This document shows, piece after piece, positions 34,561 to 46,826 of a stretch of DNA of 64,000 nt (the first letter of the stretch is position 1; each line of letters starts with the position of its first letter). A program made the position numbers and the translations under genes. Below the pieces are notes generated by a model. The model saw nothing but the letters and a program-made list of their open reading frames with translations, had not been told where the DNA came from and searched no databases. The stretch comes from Heteronotia binoei (taxonomy: Eukaryota), in contig NC_083237.1 of the NCBI RefSeq assembly GCF_032191835.1, positions 17,918,001 to 17,982,000 of the forward strand, given 5' to 3'.

Positions 34561-35355
34561 TTTGGTTTTATACCCTTTGAAGTGGCTTACAATTCCTTTC
34601 TTTCCCCACAGCAGGCACTCTGTGAGCTAGGTGGGGCTGAGAGAGCTCTGAGAGAACTTTGACTGGCCCAAGGTCACCCAACAGGGTTCATGTGGAAAAG
34701 TGGGGGAATCAAACCAACTTCTCCAGATTAGAGTCCACCGCTCTTAACCACTACACCATACTAGCTCTCAGAGAACCCCTTCCAAAGTATCTGACTGGAA
34801 ACTGCTGGAAGGCAGAAAGATAAATTAGATAGCCACAACCTAACCCAACACTGGATGTCAAGTTTCTCTTTTTATTATGATCCTTCTGAGTATAAAACAT
34901 TCACTCTCACCACAGCACTTCCTACCTGGAGCTGTATGTGGGCTGAAATGCGTATCAGAGCATCTCAAACTTCAGCTGATGTTCATCTGATATCTTATTT
35001 GTTCCAAAGTGAAGGATCCTATCTAGTGCCAATCTAGTGAGTGAATATTCAGGGTTATTAATTCGTTTATTTCCCTTAAACTACATATCAAACAATGTAA
35101 TGCTTTCATCATGTCAATATTCCACGTACCTAAATATATCATGAAGATAGTTTTGGAGGGTAGCCTTGTTGGTCTGCAAGGGAAGCAGTATATTTGAGTC
35201 CAGTAGCACATCAGAGACCCATAAGAATTTCAGGGTATGAGCATCTGAGAACCTAACAATGGAAGATTTTATTCTCAGAAGCATATACCCTGAAACACTT
35301 GTTAATTTCTAAGGTGATCCTGGACTTGAATGAAACGGTTAAATATGCCATAGTA

Positions 35356-35691
35356 CAGAGGTGGCCAAACTTGCTTAACCTAAGAGCCACATAGAATAAA
35401 CATCAGATGCTTGAGAGCCACAAGACATGAATGCCGGATGTCTGAGAGCTGCAAGATAGGAAGGAGGGAAGGCAGACAGGCAAATAGATGGGGAAACTGA
35501 GAGGTGGAAAGAAAGCAACTTTAACTTTAAATGCATTCTCCAAGCGGCCAGTTGGCTTGGCTTGGCAAAGTGAATTAAAGAGACAAATGCCTTCTCCAAG
35601 CCAGCCGACGGGGTGACAGGGGCTTTGAGAGCCACACAATATGTGTGAAAGAGCCACATGTGGCTCCTAAGCCACAGTTTGGTCACCCCTG
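35356..35691. mobile_element. Non-autonomous hAT element
   Basis: TIR cagaggtggccaa/ggtcacccctg, 8-bp TSD CCATAGTA. Confidence 0.85.
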
Positions 35692-35924
35692 CCATAGTAT
35701 TTGGGGAGAGAGGAATGGAGGAGGCTGTGTTTTGACCCAAGTCCTGGGTGGGCTGCAGCTCTGCTTATTTTATTGCATAAGTTTCATAAGTAGATTTTAT
35801 CTGGATCTCTCAAATGCAACATTTGGTAACTTAAATCTTGGCACATCCGCATATTGATTTGTAGGCATTTTCTCAACTCACTTACCATGTCTGTTGGCAA
35901 GTGTTAAAGTGCTCTTTGGGGAGG

Positions 35925-36130
35925 GATGGTGGCTCAGTGGTAGAGCAACTGCTTGGTAAGCAGAAGGTCCCAAGTTCAGTCCCTGGCATCTCCAACTAAA
36001 AAGGGTCCAGGCAAGTAGGCGTGAAAAACCTCAGCTTGAAACCCTGGAGAGCCTCTGCCAGTCTGAGTAGACAATACTGACTTTGATGCACCGAGGGTCT
36101 GATTCACCATAAGGCAGCTTCATATGTTTA
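35925..36130 (+). mobile_element. tRNA-derived SINE (second family)
   Basis: ggctcagtggtagagca head. Confidence 0.75.
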
Positions 36131-36209
36131 TATGTTCCTTCCAGTCAGAGCATACTTAGGATGTTCTGCTACCATTTCCCCAATTGCATCTCAAGATGCT
36201 GATCAAGTG

Positions 36210-36418
36210 AAGAAGAAGAAGATGATATTGGATTTATATCCCACCCTTCACTCTGAATCTCAGAGCTGCTTATAACCTCCTTTACCTTCTTCCCCCACAA
36301 CAGACACCTTGTGAGGTGGGTAAGGCTGAGAGAGCTCTCCCTGCAGTTGCCCTTTCAAGGACAACTCCTATGAAAGCTATGGCTGACCCAAGGCCATTCC
36401 AGCAGCTGCAAGTGCAGG
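36210..36418 (-). mobile_element. Squam3-like SINE, partial
   Basis: (GAA)n tail and core. Confidence 0.7.
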
Positions 36419-37204
36419 AATGGTGTGGGTGGACGAACAGCCACATAATCTAGAACAATTCCTTAAGTATCCTTGAGTATGTCCAGCAGTGACCCAACTG
36501 CTCCAAATTTCATATCCTCCCACAGGAATGCCATATGGGATAGCCTTGTGGGACGATACATCCAGGGATGGAAAGGAAAGATAGGTAGTTTGATAGAAAA
36601 CAGAGAGATCTTCTCGGGAGAGACTACAGATTGTCATACTTCTCACAATCCCTTTTAAAAAATGAGATCTGTTTGGAAATAGGAGAAATGAACTACCTCC
36701 TGTTTGCTTGTTGGCAAAATTTAAGACGCAACCGGATTCTTACCCACCTGTTAAACCTCAAAAGGAGCTCTGAGACCAGGTTCTTCTGAAGTCCACCTTA
36801 GCATCAATATTAAAGGATTGCATCTGGACACATCTTCTATATAGAAGTGTGATGTGGAGGACATATATCTGCTCAGAATGCAGGCTGAAGGGAGATGAGA
36901 ACCAATCATAGGGAAAAGACGTGGGTACAAATAACAGTTCACTGTTTTGGGAAGGGGTGGTACGCATGGGTGTTTTATGAGCATGCATAGAAAGAAATCC
37001 GTCATTTATGTAATTAGGAGGAAAGGACCAAGAAAAGCATTCCTTAGAGAGCACACAAAAGCTTACGTTCCGAATAAAACTTGGTTGGTCTTAAAGGTTC
37101 TTCCCCTCATAGTTATAGTCTCTTTGGATCTTCTTCATCAGCTGTAGAAGCTGCCATAGTAAGGGCCACAGCACACGTAGAAAAAGATACCCAACTGCCA
37201 GCTT

Positions 37205-37229
37205 TCTCAAGGGACCTCATTAAAAAGTT
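37205..37229 (-). promoter_or_regulatory. Composite homeodomain (Lhx2/Emx2-type) + O/E(Ebf) site upstream of B1, with exact 13-mer AACTTTTTAATGA
   Basis: Minus strand reads AACTTTTTAATGA-GG-TCCCTTGAGA; about 4.3 kb upstream of the B1 ATG. Confidence 0.8.
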
Positions 37230-37589
37230 AAAACTGATTCTTACCATCAATGCACACAACCTCTGGGGGCAGTAGAGAGGCAGAAAGCAAGCAAGCCTTG
37301 ATCCAGATTCCTGTCTGGTACAAACTGATCCACAGAATTAGCAAAATAAAGGTTGTCTAAAGATACTTTCAGAGATGGGCTGGCAGAAGAAGAGGGATCT
37401 GGTTGATCTGACATCTACAAGATCAGCCACTGTGCTGATCTTCATGCAAAGAGGCCATAACTGGGAGAGTAGCCAGTTCCTCAAGTCCTTCTCCCAGTTA
37501 ATCACCGCATCTCAAGTTATCTTTCCCTTCATTCATATCTACTTTAGTAAACCACTTTTGAATCTGCCATTCAACAAAATTTTTAATTG

Positions 37590-37912
37590 AATTTTTACTA
37601 GCACTATCAATTTCTTTATGGTTTGATAATATCTGGAAATTTTTTGTTATGGAAAAGATTTTGTACCATAATCAATATAGAGGAATTGCTGACTTTCCAG
37701 CGATTTGGCTGCCCTTGTTAAATTATATGATTTTAATGGGGAATGTTCCAAGTCGTGTATCCCATAGATCTGCTGCAATTGTAATCTGATTATTATCTTA
37801 GTCACTTATCTTACAATTCTGTGTTTCGGTTCGTGCTTACCCATAATGTGTTTATTTGATTGGAGAATGTATTTATTGTATTACAATTTTAAAAAAATGG
37901 CATTAAAAAAAG
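37590..37912 (+). mobile_element. L1-clade LINE extreme 3' end
   Basis: Reads WFDNIWKFFVMEKI..FPAIWLPLLNY-like; ends attaaaaaaa. Confidence 0.5.
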
Positions 37913-39298
37913 TCATGACGGACTTATGGTGACCCCATGGGGTTTTCAAGTCAAAAGATTAACAGATGTGGTTTGACCTTGTCTTCTTCTGTGTAGCAAC
38001 CCTGGCCTTCCTTAGTTGTCTCCTATCCAAGTAGTAACCAGAGGTGACCCTGCTTAGATTCTGAGAGCTGATGATGCTGGGCCATTCAGGTCATCCTACT
38101 GAACATCGTGACCCAAGCAGAAATTCAAACCCAGTTCTCCCATATTCAAATCTAGCACTCTAATCCCAACAACACACTAGGGTTATCCCATACCAAACGT
38201 TTTGGTTTCACCTAACAAGGGATTTCAAGTCATGGTGCCCACTGGCAATAGTAAAAAAAATTGGCAAGATATACAAATGAGATGGTTTGTCATTTGGAAC
38301 CTGGAATGGCTTAGCTTGGGAGGTTAAATGTTATCAAAGACATATAAAAGGAGAATATAATTTTCTAAGAAAGTACAACAGCTTTTTAAAAGTCCTGTCT
38401 ACTTAATTCAGCTGAAAAGCACACAACTTACATTTTACGGTGCGGAAACCAAAATTAAAATGTGTATTTAAAAACATGGGAATTTATAGGATCTATTGTG
38501 AACTTCACATCCGGTGTCCAATTAACAAGCAGTAGGTAAGACTGTTTATTAAGACTGCTATTCTTTGTATCATTTTATGCCAGAAAGTTAAGGATACCGT
38601 ACCAGTTTAAAATTATGTGTGTACTCTTTGGTTGTTAAGTTGCAACCAACTTATGGTGACCACAGCAAGGGGCTTTCAAGGTGAGTGAGAAGCAGAAGTG
38701 ATTTGCCTTCATCTGCAGAGCCTTCCTTGAGGGCCTCCCATCAATGTAGTGGCACTGCTTAGCTTCCAAGATCTGACAAGACTTAGCTTCCAAGATCCCA
38801 TGCTGCCTTCCCTCCAATCTAAAATTACACAGCTAAGTTCACAAGACTTCTCAATGCATCTACATTATTCCATAAGTCTTTGAACTGGTGGAGCCATACC
38901 TGATGGAAACCGAGTCCACGAAAATAAAACAGTAACAACCATGATATTTTTGCTGAGTTCAAGCTGATGGTACAACCCATGCACTCTCCGGTAAATAAGC
39001 AGCAGATCGAAACAAGAGGGCAATCAGGGGATGTTTTGTAGAAAAAAAGGTGCAAGAGATCAGTAGCATATCTCATGCGCATATGCCCTGAGATCTGTGT
39101 GCAGCAGGGAGAGAACTCCCCGCAGCATGCAGACCCTGGCTGGAGGTTCAGAAGCTGTGCTCCTGTGAGCTCCTGCTGAATTCAAGCCCTGAGGGCAACA
39201 ATGGAGAAAACCTTTCCCTCATAACTGGGACATCGTGCTGGACTTCATCTCAATGGCACCCCTGGCTGTGTGTTTCTCATCAGCGTCTAAGCCATAAA

Positions 39299-39507
39299 AG
39301 CTTGGGAGGTTAAATGTTATCAAAGACATATAAAAGAAGAATATAATTTTCTAAGAAAGTACAACAGCTTTTTAAAAGTCTTTGAACTGGTGGAGCCATA
39401 CCTGATGGAAACCGAGTCCACGAAAATAAAACAGTAACAACCATGATATTTTTGCTGAGTTCAAGCTGATGGTACAACCCATGCACTCTCCGGTAAATAA
39501 GCAGCAG
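39299..39507 (+). repeat. 209-bp composite duplication of 38313-38394 plus 38874-39005
   Basis: 82 bp with 1 mismatch and 132 bp identical, overlapping by the 5-bp microhomology AAGTC. Confidence 0.93.
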
Positions 39508-39513
39508 TATACA

Positions 39514-40560
39514 TTATGCAATTGGTAACTGTGATGCTGAATGAACACCTGGCCCACCCTTACGGCTGCTTCTCTTGCATCTCCAAGAGGTGACCACTGC
39601 TGCTGAAATGACTGGAATCTGACTGGAAACCTTCGCAGAATATCTTCCCAACAACTTCCCCATGGCAGATTTCATCTCCTTGTTTTTCAAAGCATAGATG
39701 GCTGGGTTGAGCAAGGGAGTGATAGCTGTGTAGAAGACGGACAACACTTTATCAATTGTGAAGCGGGTCTTTGGACGCAGGTAAATAAATACACAAGGCC
39801 CAAAGTACATGGTGACCACGATGAGGTGAGAAGTGCACGTGGAGATGGCCTTGGAAGTCCCTTCAGAAGGAGCTCTGGAATGGATGGCTGAGAGAATGAG
39901 TCCATAGGAGACGAACAAAGTGATGAACCCAACCACTGAGAGGATACCACTGTTGGTCACCATCATGATCTCCAGGAGATAGATGTCAGTGCAGGCCAAC
40001 TTGATGACCAAGGGGATGTCACAGAAGAAGCTGTCCAGGTGGTTGGGTCCACAGAAGGAGACATTAATGGTGAAAGCCAACTGCACACTGGTGTGGAGGA
40101 GCCCTCCAGCCCAGGAGGCCAGCACAAGCCCCACACAATGGCATTGACTCATGAGTGAGGCATAGTGGAGTGGATGGCAGATGGCCACATAGCGGTCGTA
40201 GGCCATAGCCATGAGAAGAAACATCTCAGTGCCTCCAAACAGATGGAGGAGGAAGATCTGGGCCATGCAGCCTTGGAAGGAGATGGTCTGACGTTGGGTG
40301 AGGAAGTCAAAGAGGGCTCTGGGTGTGGCGAAGGAGGACAGGAAGAGGTCCAGGAAGGCCAAGTGACCCAGCAAAATGAACATGGGTGAACGGAGAAGAT
40401 GGCGGTCCTGGGAAATGGCCAGTAAAATAAGAAGGTTGCTAAAGAGGGTGGCTGTGTAGAGGAAAAGGAAGAGCATAAATAAGAGGAGACGGGCTTCCCA
40501 GGATGAGGAGAATCCAAGGAGGACAAACTCAGTCACCACAGTCTTGTTTCCCCACGCCAT
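39514..40560 (-). CDS. Olfactory receptor family 4, OR4K-like (B2), 348 aa
   Basis: Intact MAYDRYVAICHPLHY, KAISTC.SH, PLLNPAIY. Start set at MAWGNKT (40560) by alignment to B1. Confidence 0.95.
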   Translation of the reverse strand: MAWGNKTVVTEFVLLGFSSSWEARLLLFMLFLFLYTATLFSNLLILLAISQDRHLLRSPMFILLGHLAFLDLFLSSFATPRALFDFLTQRQTISFQGCMAQIFLLHLFGGTEMFLLMAMAYDRYVAICHPLHYASLMSQCHCVGLVLASWAGGLLHTSVQLAFTINVSFCGPNHLDSFFCDIPLVIKLACTDIYLLEIMMVTNSGILSVVGFITLFVSYGLILSAIHSRAPSEGTSKAISTCTSHLIVVTMYFGPCVFIYLRPKTRFTIDKVLSVFYTAITPLLNPAIYALKNKEMKSAMGKLLGRYSAKVSSQIPVISAAVVTSWRCKRSSRKGGPGVHSASQLPIA

Positions 40561-41394
40561 TCGCTTCTTGACTATCTCTGAGAAGACTGGGGAAAGAGAA
40601 AGGAAATGGTCATGAGCCACATCCACCCCAATTCCTTGCAGCTTTGGTTGAGTGTTACTTCCTTGTAGATGCTGCTCCCACCCAAAATTTTATCTTCAGA
40701 AGCAACATAATTCATTTCTTCAAGAAATTGTTCATCACCCAGAATACACTTCTCTGTCCTTAGAAATACCTGGGCATTTCCTAATAAATCCTGCAAATAG
40801 AATAGAACTAAATTGAACAATTTCCCCCCCTGCTGAGCCTCAGCCTTGTCTTGAAGCTGCCATGTAATAAGATTTATTAGAATACAGTGTATATGAAGCA
40901 GTTGGAACTATGAAAGCTAGAGTCAAGGAAGAAGCTGATGCAGATTTTGAGAATCAAATTCTTACCTGACAATGCTCTGACTCTCAAAAGCTGATACCCC
41001 CAAAATTGTGTTGGTCTCTGAGATACTATTCAAATCCCGCTGTTCTACTGCAGGCCAACTTTGAACAGTAAAACCCAATTCTAGATATTATGCTGCAAGC
41101 TCTGGCCATCAATGGCTTCATTAGAGTGTTGGAGGCAGCTTTCTGGTTTAAAAAAAATTAAAAATTGAATTTGTTTGAGGAACTGGTTTGGAGTTGTGTG
41201 GAAGAATTCCCCGGGTGAACCTGTCCCAGGCACTTTCCTTCAGCTGAAGGGTTGTGAAGGCTGTTCCACATCCACATGAAGTTGCATTACATTGAAGCGG
41301 ACCATTGGTACATGAAGCACAGTATTGTCTGCTCAGACCATCGGCGGCTTTTCAGGGTTTCAGGCAAAGGTCTTTCCCCTCTGAACATATGAAC

Positions 41395-41600
41395 ATATGA
41401 AGCTGCCTTATACTGAATCAGACCCTTGGTCCATCAAAGTCAGTATTGTCTTCTCAGACTGGCAGTGGCTCTCCAGGGTCTCAAGCTGAGGTTTTCACAC
41501 CTATTTGCCTGGACCCTTTTTTGGAGATGCCGGGGATTGAACCTAGGACCTTCTGCTTCCCAAGCAGATGCTCTGCCACTGAGCCACCGTCCCTCCCCAT
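41395..41600 (-). mobile_element. tRNA-derived SINE (second family)
   Basis: Reverse complement of 35925-36130. Confidence 0.75.
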
Positions 41601-41680
41601 CACCTATTGCTAGATCTTATAATCTGAAGATGATGGGGACTGAACCTGGGACCCTGTGCATGCCAAATAGATACTGACAG

Positions 41681-41947
41681 CCAGCCTGGTGTAGTGGTTA
41701 AGTGTGTGGACTCTTATCTGAGACGACTGGGTTTGATTCCCCACTCCTCCACTTGCAGCTGCTGGAATGGCCTTGGGTCAGCCACAGCTCTCATAGGATT
41801 TGTCCTTGAAAGGGCAGCTTCTGTGAGCGCTCTCTCAGCTCACAGGGTGTCTGTTGTGGGGGAGGAAGGTAAAGGAGATTGTGAGCTGCTCTGAGATTCT
41901 GAGAGTCAGAGTAGAGGGCAGGATATAAATTCAATATCTTCTTCTTC
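41681..41947 (+). mobile_element. Squam3-like SINE
   Basis: Head and (CTT)n tail. Confidence 0.72.
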
Positions 41948-42597
41948 TACTATACCACTGAGTCACAACTGCTCCCCCTATTATTTGAAACGCTCTGACA
42001 AGAGTAAAGCTATCCCCTCCCAATCTGTTGCAATTCCACGCTCCTTGATCCTAATGACTTTCATCTCAAAATGGGGTTCAAACAGAGGATATATGATGAT
42101 GCGCTGTCACAATATGCGGAGCATTCTCCACAGTATCCTTGGCTTGGTATGCCATTGTTCCATCTGCCTAAAAGGACCCCATCCTGGCATAGAAACACCA
42201 CAAGAAATGGCCAACCGTACCCAAGGAATGTGAAGGCCTAGGTAAGGTTGAAAAGGTAGAAAAGAACAGGAAGGTCCAGGTAAGGTTGCAAATCCCTGCA
42301 GAAAAGTGCTGCAGAGATTCTTCAACATGCCCTCTGAACTGTTGCAGAGATGTGACAGTAGGCAGGGCCAGTTCCAGGCCCAGGGCCCCTGTCCCCTTCT
42401 GCACCTGTATCAAGTCCCCCATACATGTCCTTCTTCCCTTTGCCCTACCTTACCTGCCTCTCACCTGCCTGTGGGTCCTTCACCTGCCCCACTTGTGAGC
42501 TTTCCCACTGCTGTTCCTCCAGTAGCACTGGGCAGTAAGTGCAGCTGGGAGCACAGTGGAGTGCTAACATATGAGTGAGTGTTAAAGCTGTCTTTGA

Positions 42598-42975
42598 GTA
42601 GAATCATAAAGTTGGAAGGGACTTCCAGGGTCATCTAGTCCAACCCCCTGAAAAATGCAGGAAATTTACAGATGCCTTCCCCTAAATCCACAGGATCTTC
42701 ATTGCCATCAGACAGCCATCAAGCCTCTGTTTAAAAGCCTCCAAGGAAGGAGAGCCCACCACCTCCCAAGGAAAACTGTTCCACAGAGAAACCGCTCTGA
42801 CAGTCAGGAAGTTCTTCCTCATGTTGAGCTGGAAACTCTTCTGATTTAATTTCAACCCCTTGGTTCTGGTCCTACCTTCTGAGGCCACAGGAAACAATTC
42901 TACACCATCCTGTATAGGACAGCCCTTTGAGAACTTGAAGATGGGAATGAACTATCTTCTGCCTGCTTGTTGAAC
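42598..42975 (-). mobile_element. CR1 LINE 3' end
   Basis: FPVASEGRTRTKGLKLNQKSFQLNMRKNFLTVR. Confidence 0.82.
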
Positions 42976-43291
42976 AGGAAGTTTAAAGTACTCTCAATTA
43001 GATTCCCACCCACCTGCAAAGTTTCAACAGAAGCTCCTTGGGCTCTGCTGGACCAGCTTCTTCTGAAGGCATCGGCACAGAACTGTTCTAGCAAGATGTG
43101 TCTCCGTGATGCCAGTGGTGAAGGGAGGAGCTATATCTACAGAGTGCAGGTTACAAGCAGGTGACAGCCAATCAGAGGGAAAGGAGTCAGTGGGAGAAGA
43201 ACTTAATTCTTTTGGGAGGCACACTATTAGCTGGCACTTTGCTCTTAAGGGAAAGGATTCCAGGGCAAGTTTTACTCAGTTACCCTTAAGG

Positions 43292-43472
43292 CAGGGCCGG
43301 ATCTAGGGGGGCGGAGAGGGATGCTTGCCCCGGGCGCCGACGGAGGCGGGGTGTGTGCCAAATTGGGTATGGAGTCCATTGTATTCTATGGGACCATAAG
43401 ATAGAATGGCCCATAAGGGGGCGCCATTTTTTAATTTTGCTGCCTCTCAAAAAACATGTAGATCAGGTCCTG
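43292..43472. mobile_element. hAT MITE (CAGGGCCGGATCTA TIR)
   Basis: 8-bp TSD CCTTAAGG. Confidence 0.82.
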
Positions 43473-44038
43473 CCTTAAGGGATTGCTTTCTGGTCTGGTT
43501 TGCTGAGTAAACAGTGTCTGTGCAGTGGATAAAATGCAAGCGGTAAGAATCCTCTCCCCCCCCCACCCCGCGAATGAGTGATGCCACATTTCCCACACTT
43601 CCACAACCTGGGGAGACTGCAGCCTTTTAGAACTTGCAGGTGTCTTTGGAATCCTGACACAGAATGGCAGGCAGAACCACAAAATGGCTGCCAAAGGAGG
43701 TGGAGCCAACCACAAAATGGCTGCCACTGGGGGGGTGGAGTCTACCACTAAAGGGCTGTCATAGGTGGTGACGCTATGAGTAAAGTTATATTTAACTCTA
43801 GTAGTAACTCTTCAACATTTCAGGCAGGAGACCTGTTTAAACAAAATGCCTTTTAAAATGAACATACAGTTTTAAAATATTATCTTGCATAGACACGCAG
43901 CTTACCTGCAGGGACACAATGAAGATCCTCATGATAGGGTGGAAGCTGCTCTCTAGGTACATATCCAAAACAGACCTGTATATGCCGGAAGTCTAGTCCC
44001 CTGATCACTTGTGTCAATCAGTGACTGTATCTTTCCTT

Positions 44039-44414
44039 TAGGGTTGCCAGGTCCAATTCAATAAATATTTGGAGACTTTGGGGGTGGAGCCAGGAGATAT
44101 TGGGGTGGAGCCAGGAGCAAGGTTGCGATAAGCACAACTGAACTCCAAAGGGAGTTCTGGCCATCACATTTAAAGGGACTGCAAACCTTTTAAGTGCCTT
44201 TACCTCAAAAAACAGGCCCTTCAGAGCCCCAGATACCCCCCCCCCCGATTAATTCTCCATTATACCCTACGGGAATTGGTCTCCATAGGGAATAATGGAA
44301 GTGCCCAGAAGTCATTTTCCCGCTCCACTTTCTGAGGACCCTGAAGCAGGGGGAGGGCCTCCAAACTGGGGGGGGGGGGGGGTTCCTGCCCCCACCTGGG
44401 GATTGGCAACCCAA
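44039..44414. mobile_element. hAT element (TAGGGTTGCCA TIR)
   Basis: 8-bp TSD CTTTCCTT. Confidence 0.82.
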
Positions 44415-45777
44415 CTTTCCTTTCCCCTACCTCTGCTGTTTTGGCAATGGAGGGGGGTGGGTAAACTCATTAATGGCCTTGGTAGGATCCAGACTAGCTT
44501 GCCAACTTCCAGTAATTTCCCCCTTCTTGCTGCCTACCCGCCCTCTACTCATATGATTCCTCAGGGTCTTGTATCCCTGAGGAGCAGCATTTTGCAGAGA
44601 CCAGTGGGCTGCAGCTGGAGGAGAGAGGCAGGTGAAAGACAACTAATTGGGCCATAATGCAAACAGCTGGAACTGATGATATCTCAATCGGCCAGATAGA
44701 GGGTGGAATACTGCAACAAGTGAGGCCAGACTCAGAGTACTATAGGCGTCTGCTGCCTCACTCAAAAGCCTGGGGGAACGTTGCTATCTGTGGCCACAAG
44801 ATGGCCATGTATGGATGCACTGTCTCAATGAAGCGTACGCACAGAGAACCAAGCATCCAGGCCTAGACACTCAGAGTTGATTCTGATTGAATCCACCAGC
44901 AGAAAACTCCTGTTCAAAAGTGCTCTTGTAAAGTCAGGAGCAACTCTGGGGTGAAACCACTTTCAGTGGCAATTCAAGAAAACGAGTGTAAATGACTTAA
45001 GAAAAAGCAAAGCAATGAAACACCCTTGGTTCCATGTCCATGACCCTAACAGGTCTTCTCGGATTTGCTGCTACCATTTGAATTTTACTGTTTTAATGTT
45101 TTTCAGGTTGTCAGGTCTCTGTTGGAAAATATCTGGAGACTTTGGGGGTGGAGCTAGGAGGGGAAAGGGAGGGGCCTTGGCATGGTGCAATGCCAGAGAG
45201 TCCACCCTTCAAAGCATCCACGTCCTCCAGGGGAGCTGATCTCTGCCAGCTGGAGATCAGTTATATAAGCGGGGGATCTCCAGGCCACACCTGGAGGCTG
45301 GCAACCCTAATTACTGACTTTGTTTGTTGTGATCTACCCTGAGCTTGCTTTGGGGAGGGCAGAATAGAAATCCAAAAAAATGAATAAATAAATCTCCAGA
45401 AAACAATTGTGTGATTTGGGCCTTTCCACAATGGATTTTACAGGCATTTTACTCCTCTCTTATTCATCTGGGGGATTGTTCCACACACATGCCTATGAAA
45501 TACTCTTCCATTCCTAAAAGTTAGAGTTTCTCTAATCTGTGCTCTGGAAGCTGTAGGGCTGCCAACCTCCAGATAGGACCTGGAGGTCTCTCAAAATTTC
45601 AAGACTATAGAAATATGTTCCCCTGGAGAAAAATGGTTGATATGGAGTGGGGACATTATGGCATTTTACCCTACTGAGGTCCCTCCCACTCCCCAGGCTG
45701 CTCCCACAAATCTCTAGGAATTTTCCACCCTTGAGTTGGCATCTCTAAGACAAGCAGAGGTATCCTTCCCTCATCTT

Positions 45778-45802
45778 CCTCAAGGGACCTCATTAAAAAC
45801 AT
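45778..45802 (-). promoter_or_regulatory. Composite homeodomain + O/E site upstream of B2
   Basis: Minus strand reads ATGTTTTTAATGA-GG-TCCCTTGAGG; same spacing and homologous flank as 37205-37310; about 5.2 kb upstream of the B2 ATG. Confidence 0.75.
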
Positions 45803-46549
45803 CACACTTGGCATCCCAAGCCACCACTGCCGACGACCTCTGGGGCAAACAGGAGACAGAGAGATGGAAGGCCTTGATCTGGACCCAAATCCAGAAGGAA
45901 ACAAGCCCCAGACAAAGCAAGAGAGATGCTGCTGCAAGCCCCTCCAGGGAGAAGGGCTTTGGGAGTCCACGTGAAATGGAGACCTGCCAATCCAAAAGGA
46001 CGTATCAGAACCACAGCTGAGTCCTTCAATCAGCTGTGCCAGTCAGCAGCACCACTGCTTCAAAATCCCTTCCTTTTTTTCATTTCTAGTTTGCAAATCC
46101 AAATCAGCCACAGGGGGAATCTGTCACAGAGAGACCAAAGTTGTAAAACAATAAATACAACTCTTGCATGGCAGATGCTTAATAGAAATGGCACAGAGTC
46201 AATTACAAGTTCCCTGCTCTTTTCTCACTGGGCACATTCACCTTATGAACTCTTCTTTGCCTGATAGATGATGCCAAAGGTTGTTTGGAGGATTATCCTG
46301 AACCGACATCTAAGGTTTCTATTTGCAAGGAACTTCAGGGTGTCTCATCATCACTTTCCTTGCATCCAAAACTGATAAACATGGTCACTTATTTGCACAT
46401 TTTAGCTTGCATCACCAACCCAAAAGCACCTCAAGAAATCATATCTTACATTCAGAATCACATCAGAATATGGGAGACATACTGATTAGGCATATAGTTT
46501 CTCTGTATTAGAGTTCATTTTTCATGTGTACTTCCAGCTGGATTACTGA

Positions 46550-46826
46550 TGATGATGATATTAGATTTATATTCCGCCCTATACTCTGAATCTCAGAGTC
46601 TCAAAGGTCCCAATCTCCTTTACCTTCCTCCCCCACAACAGACACCCTGTAAGGTGGATGGGGCTGAGAGAGCTTTGACAGCAGCTGCCCTTTCAATAAC
46701 AACTCTTACGAGAGTTATGGTTGACCCAAGGCCATTCCAGCAGCGGCAAGTGGAGGAGTGGGGAATCGAACCCTGTTCTCCCAGATAAGAGTCGGCACAC
46801 TTAATTTCTACACGAAACTGGCTCCT
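46550..46826 (-). mobile_element. Squam3-like SINE
   Basis: Same consensus as other copies. Confidence 0.72.

Noticed and set aside
34418-34630. Ala/Glu-rich ORF resembling a coiled-coil or antifreeze-like peptide
   Set aside because: Translation of a compound GCA/GAA microsatellite that is a SINE tail.
35925-36000. tRNA genes (also about 5300, 9471, 16423, 49509)
   Set aside because: tRNA-like heads continue into SINE bodies; no complete cloverleaf is evident.
38395-38873. Intron removed in the 39299-39507 copy (processed retrocopy)
   Set aside because: No placement within the AAGTC microhomology gives GT..AG on either strand, and there is no poly(A) or TSD.
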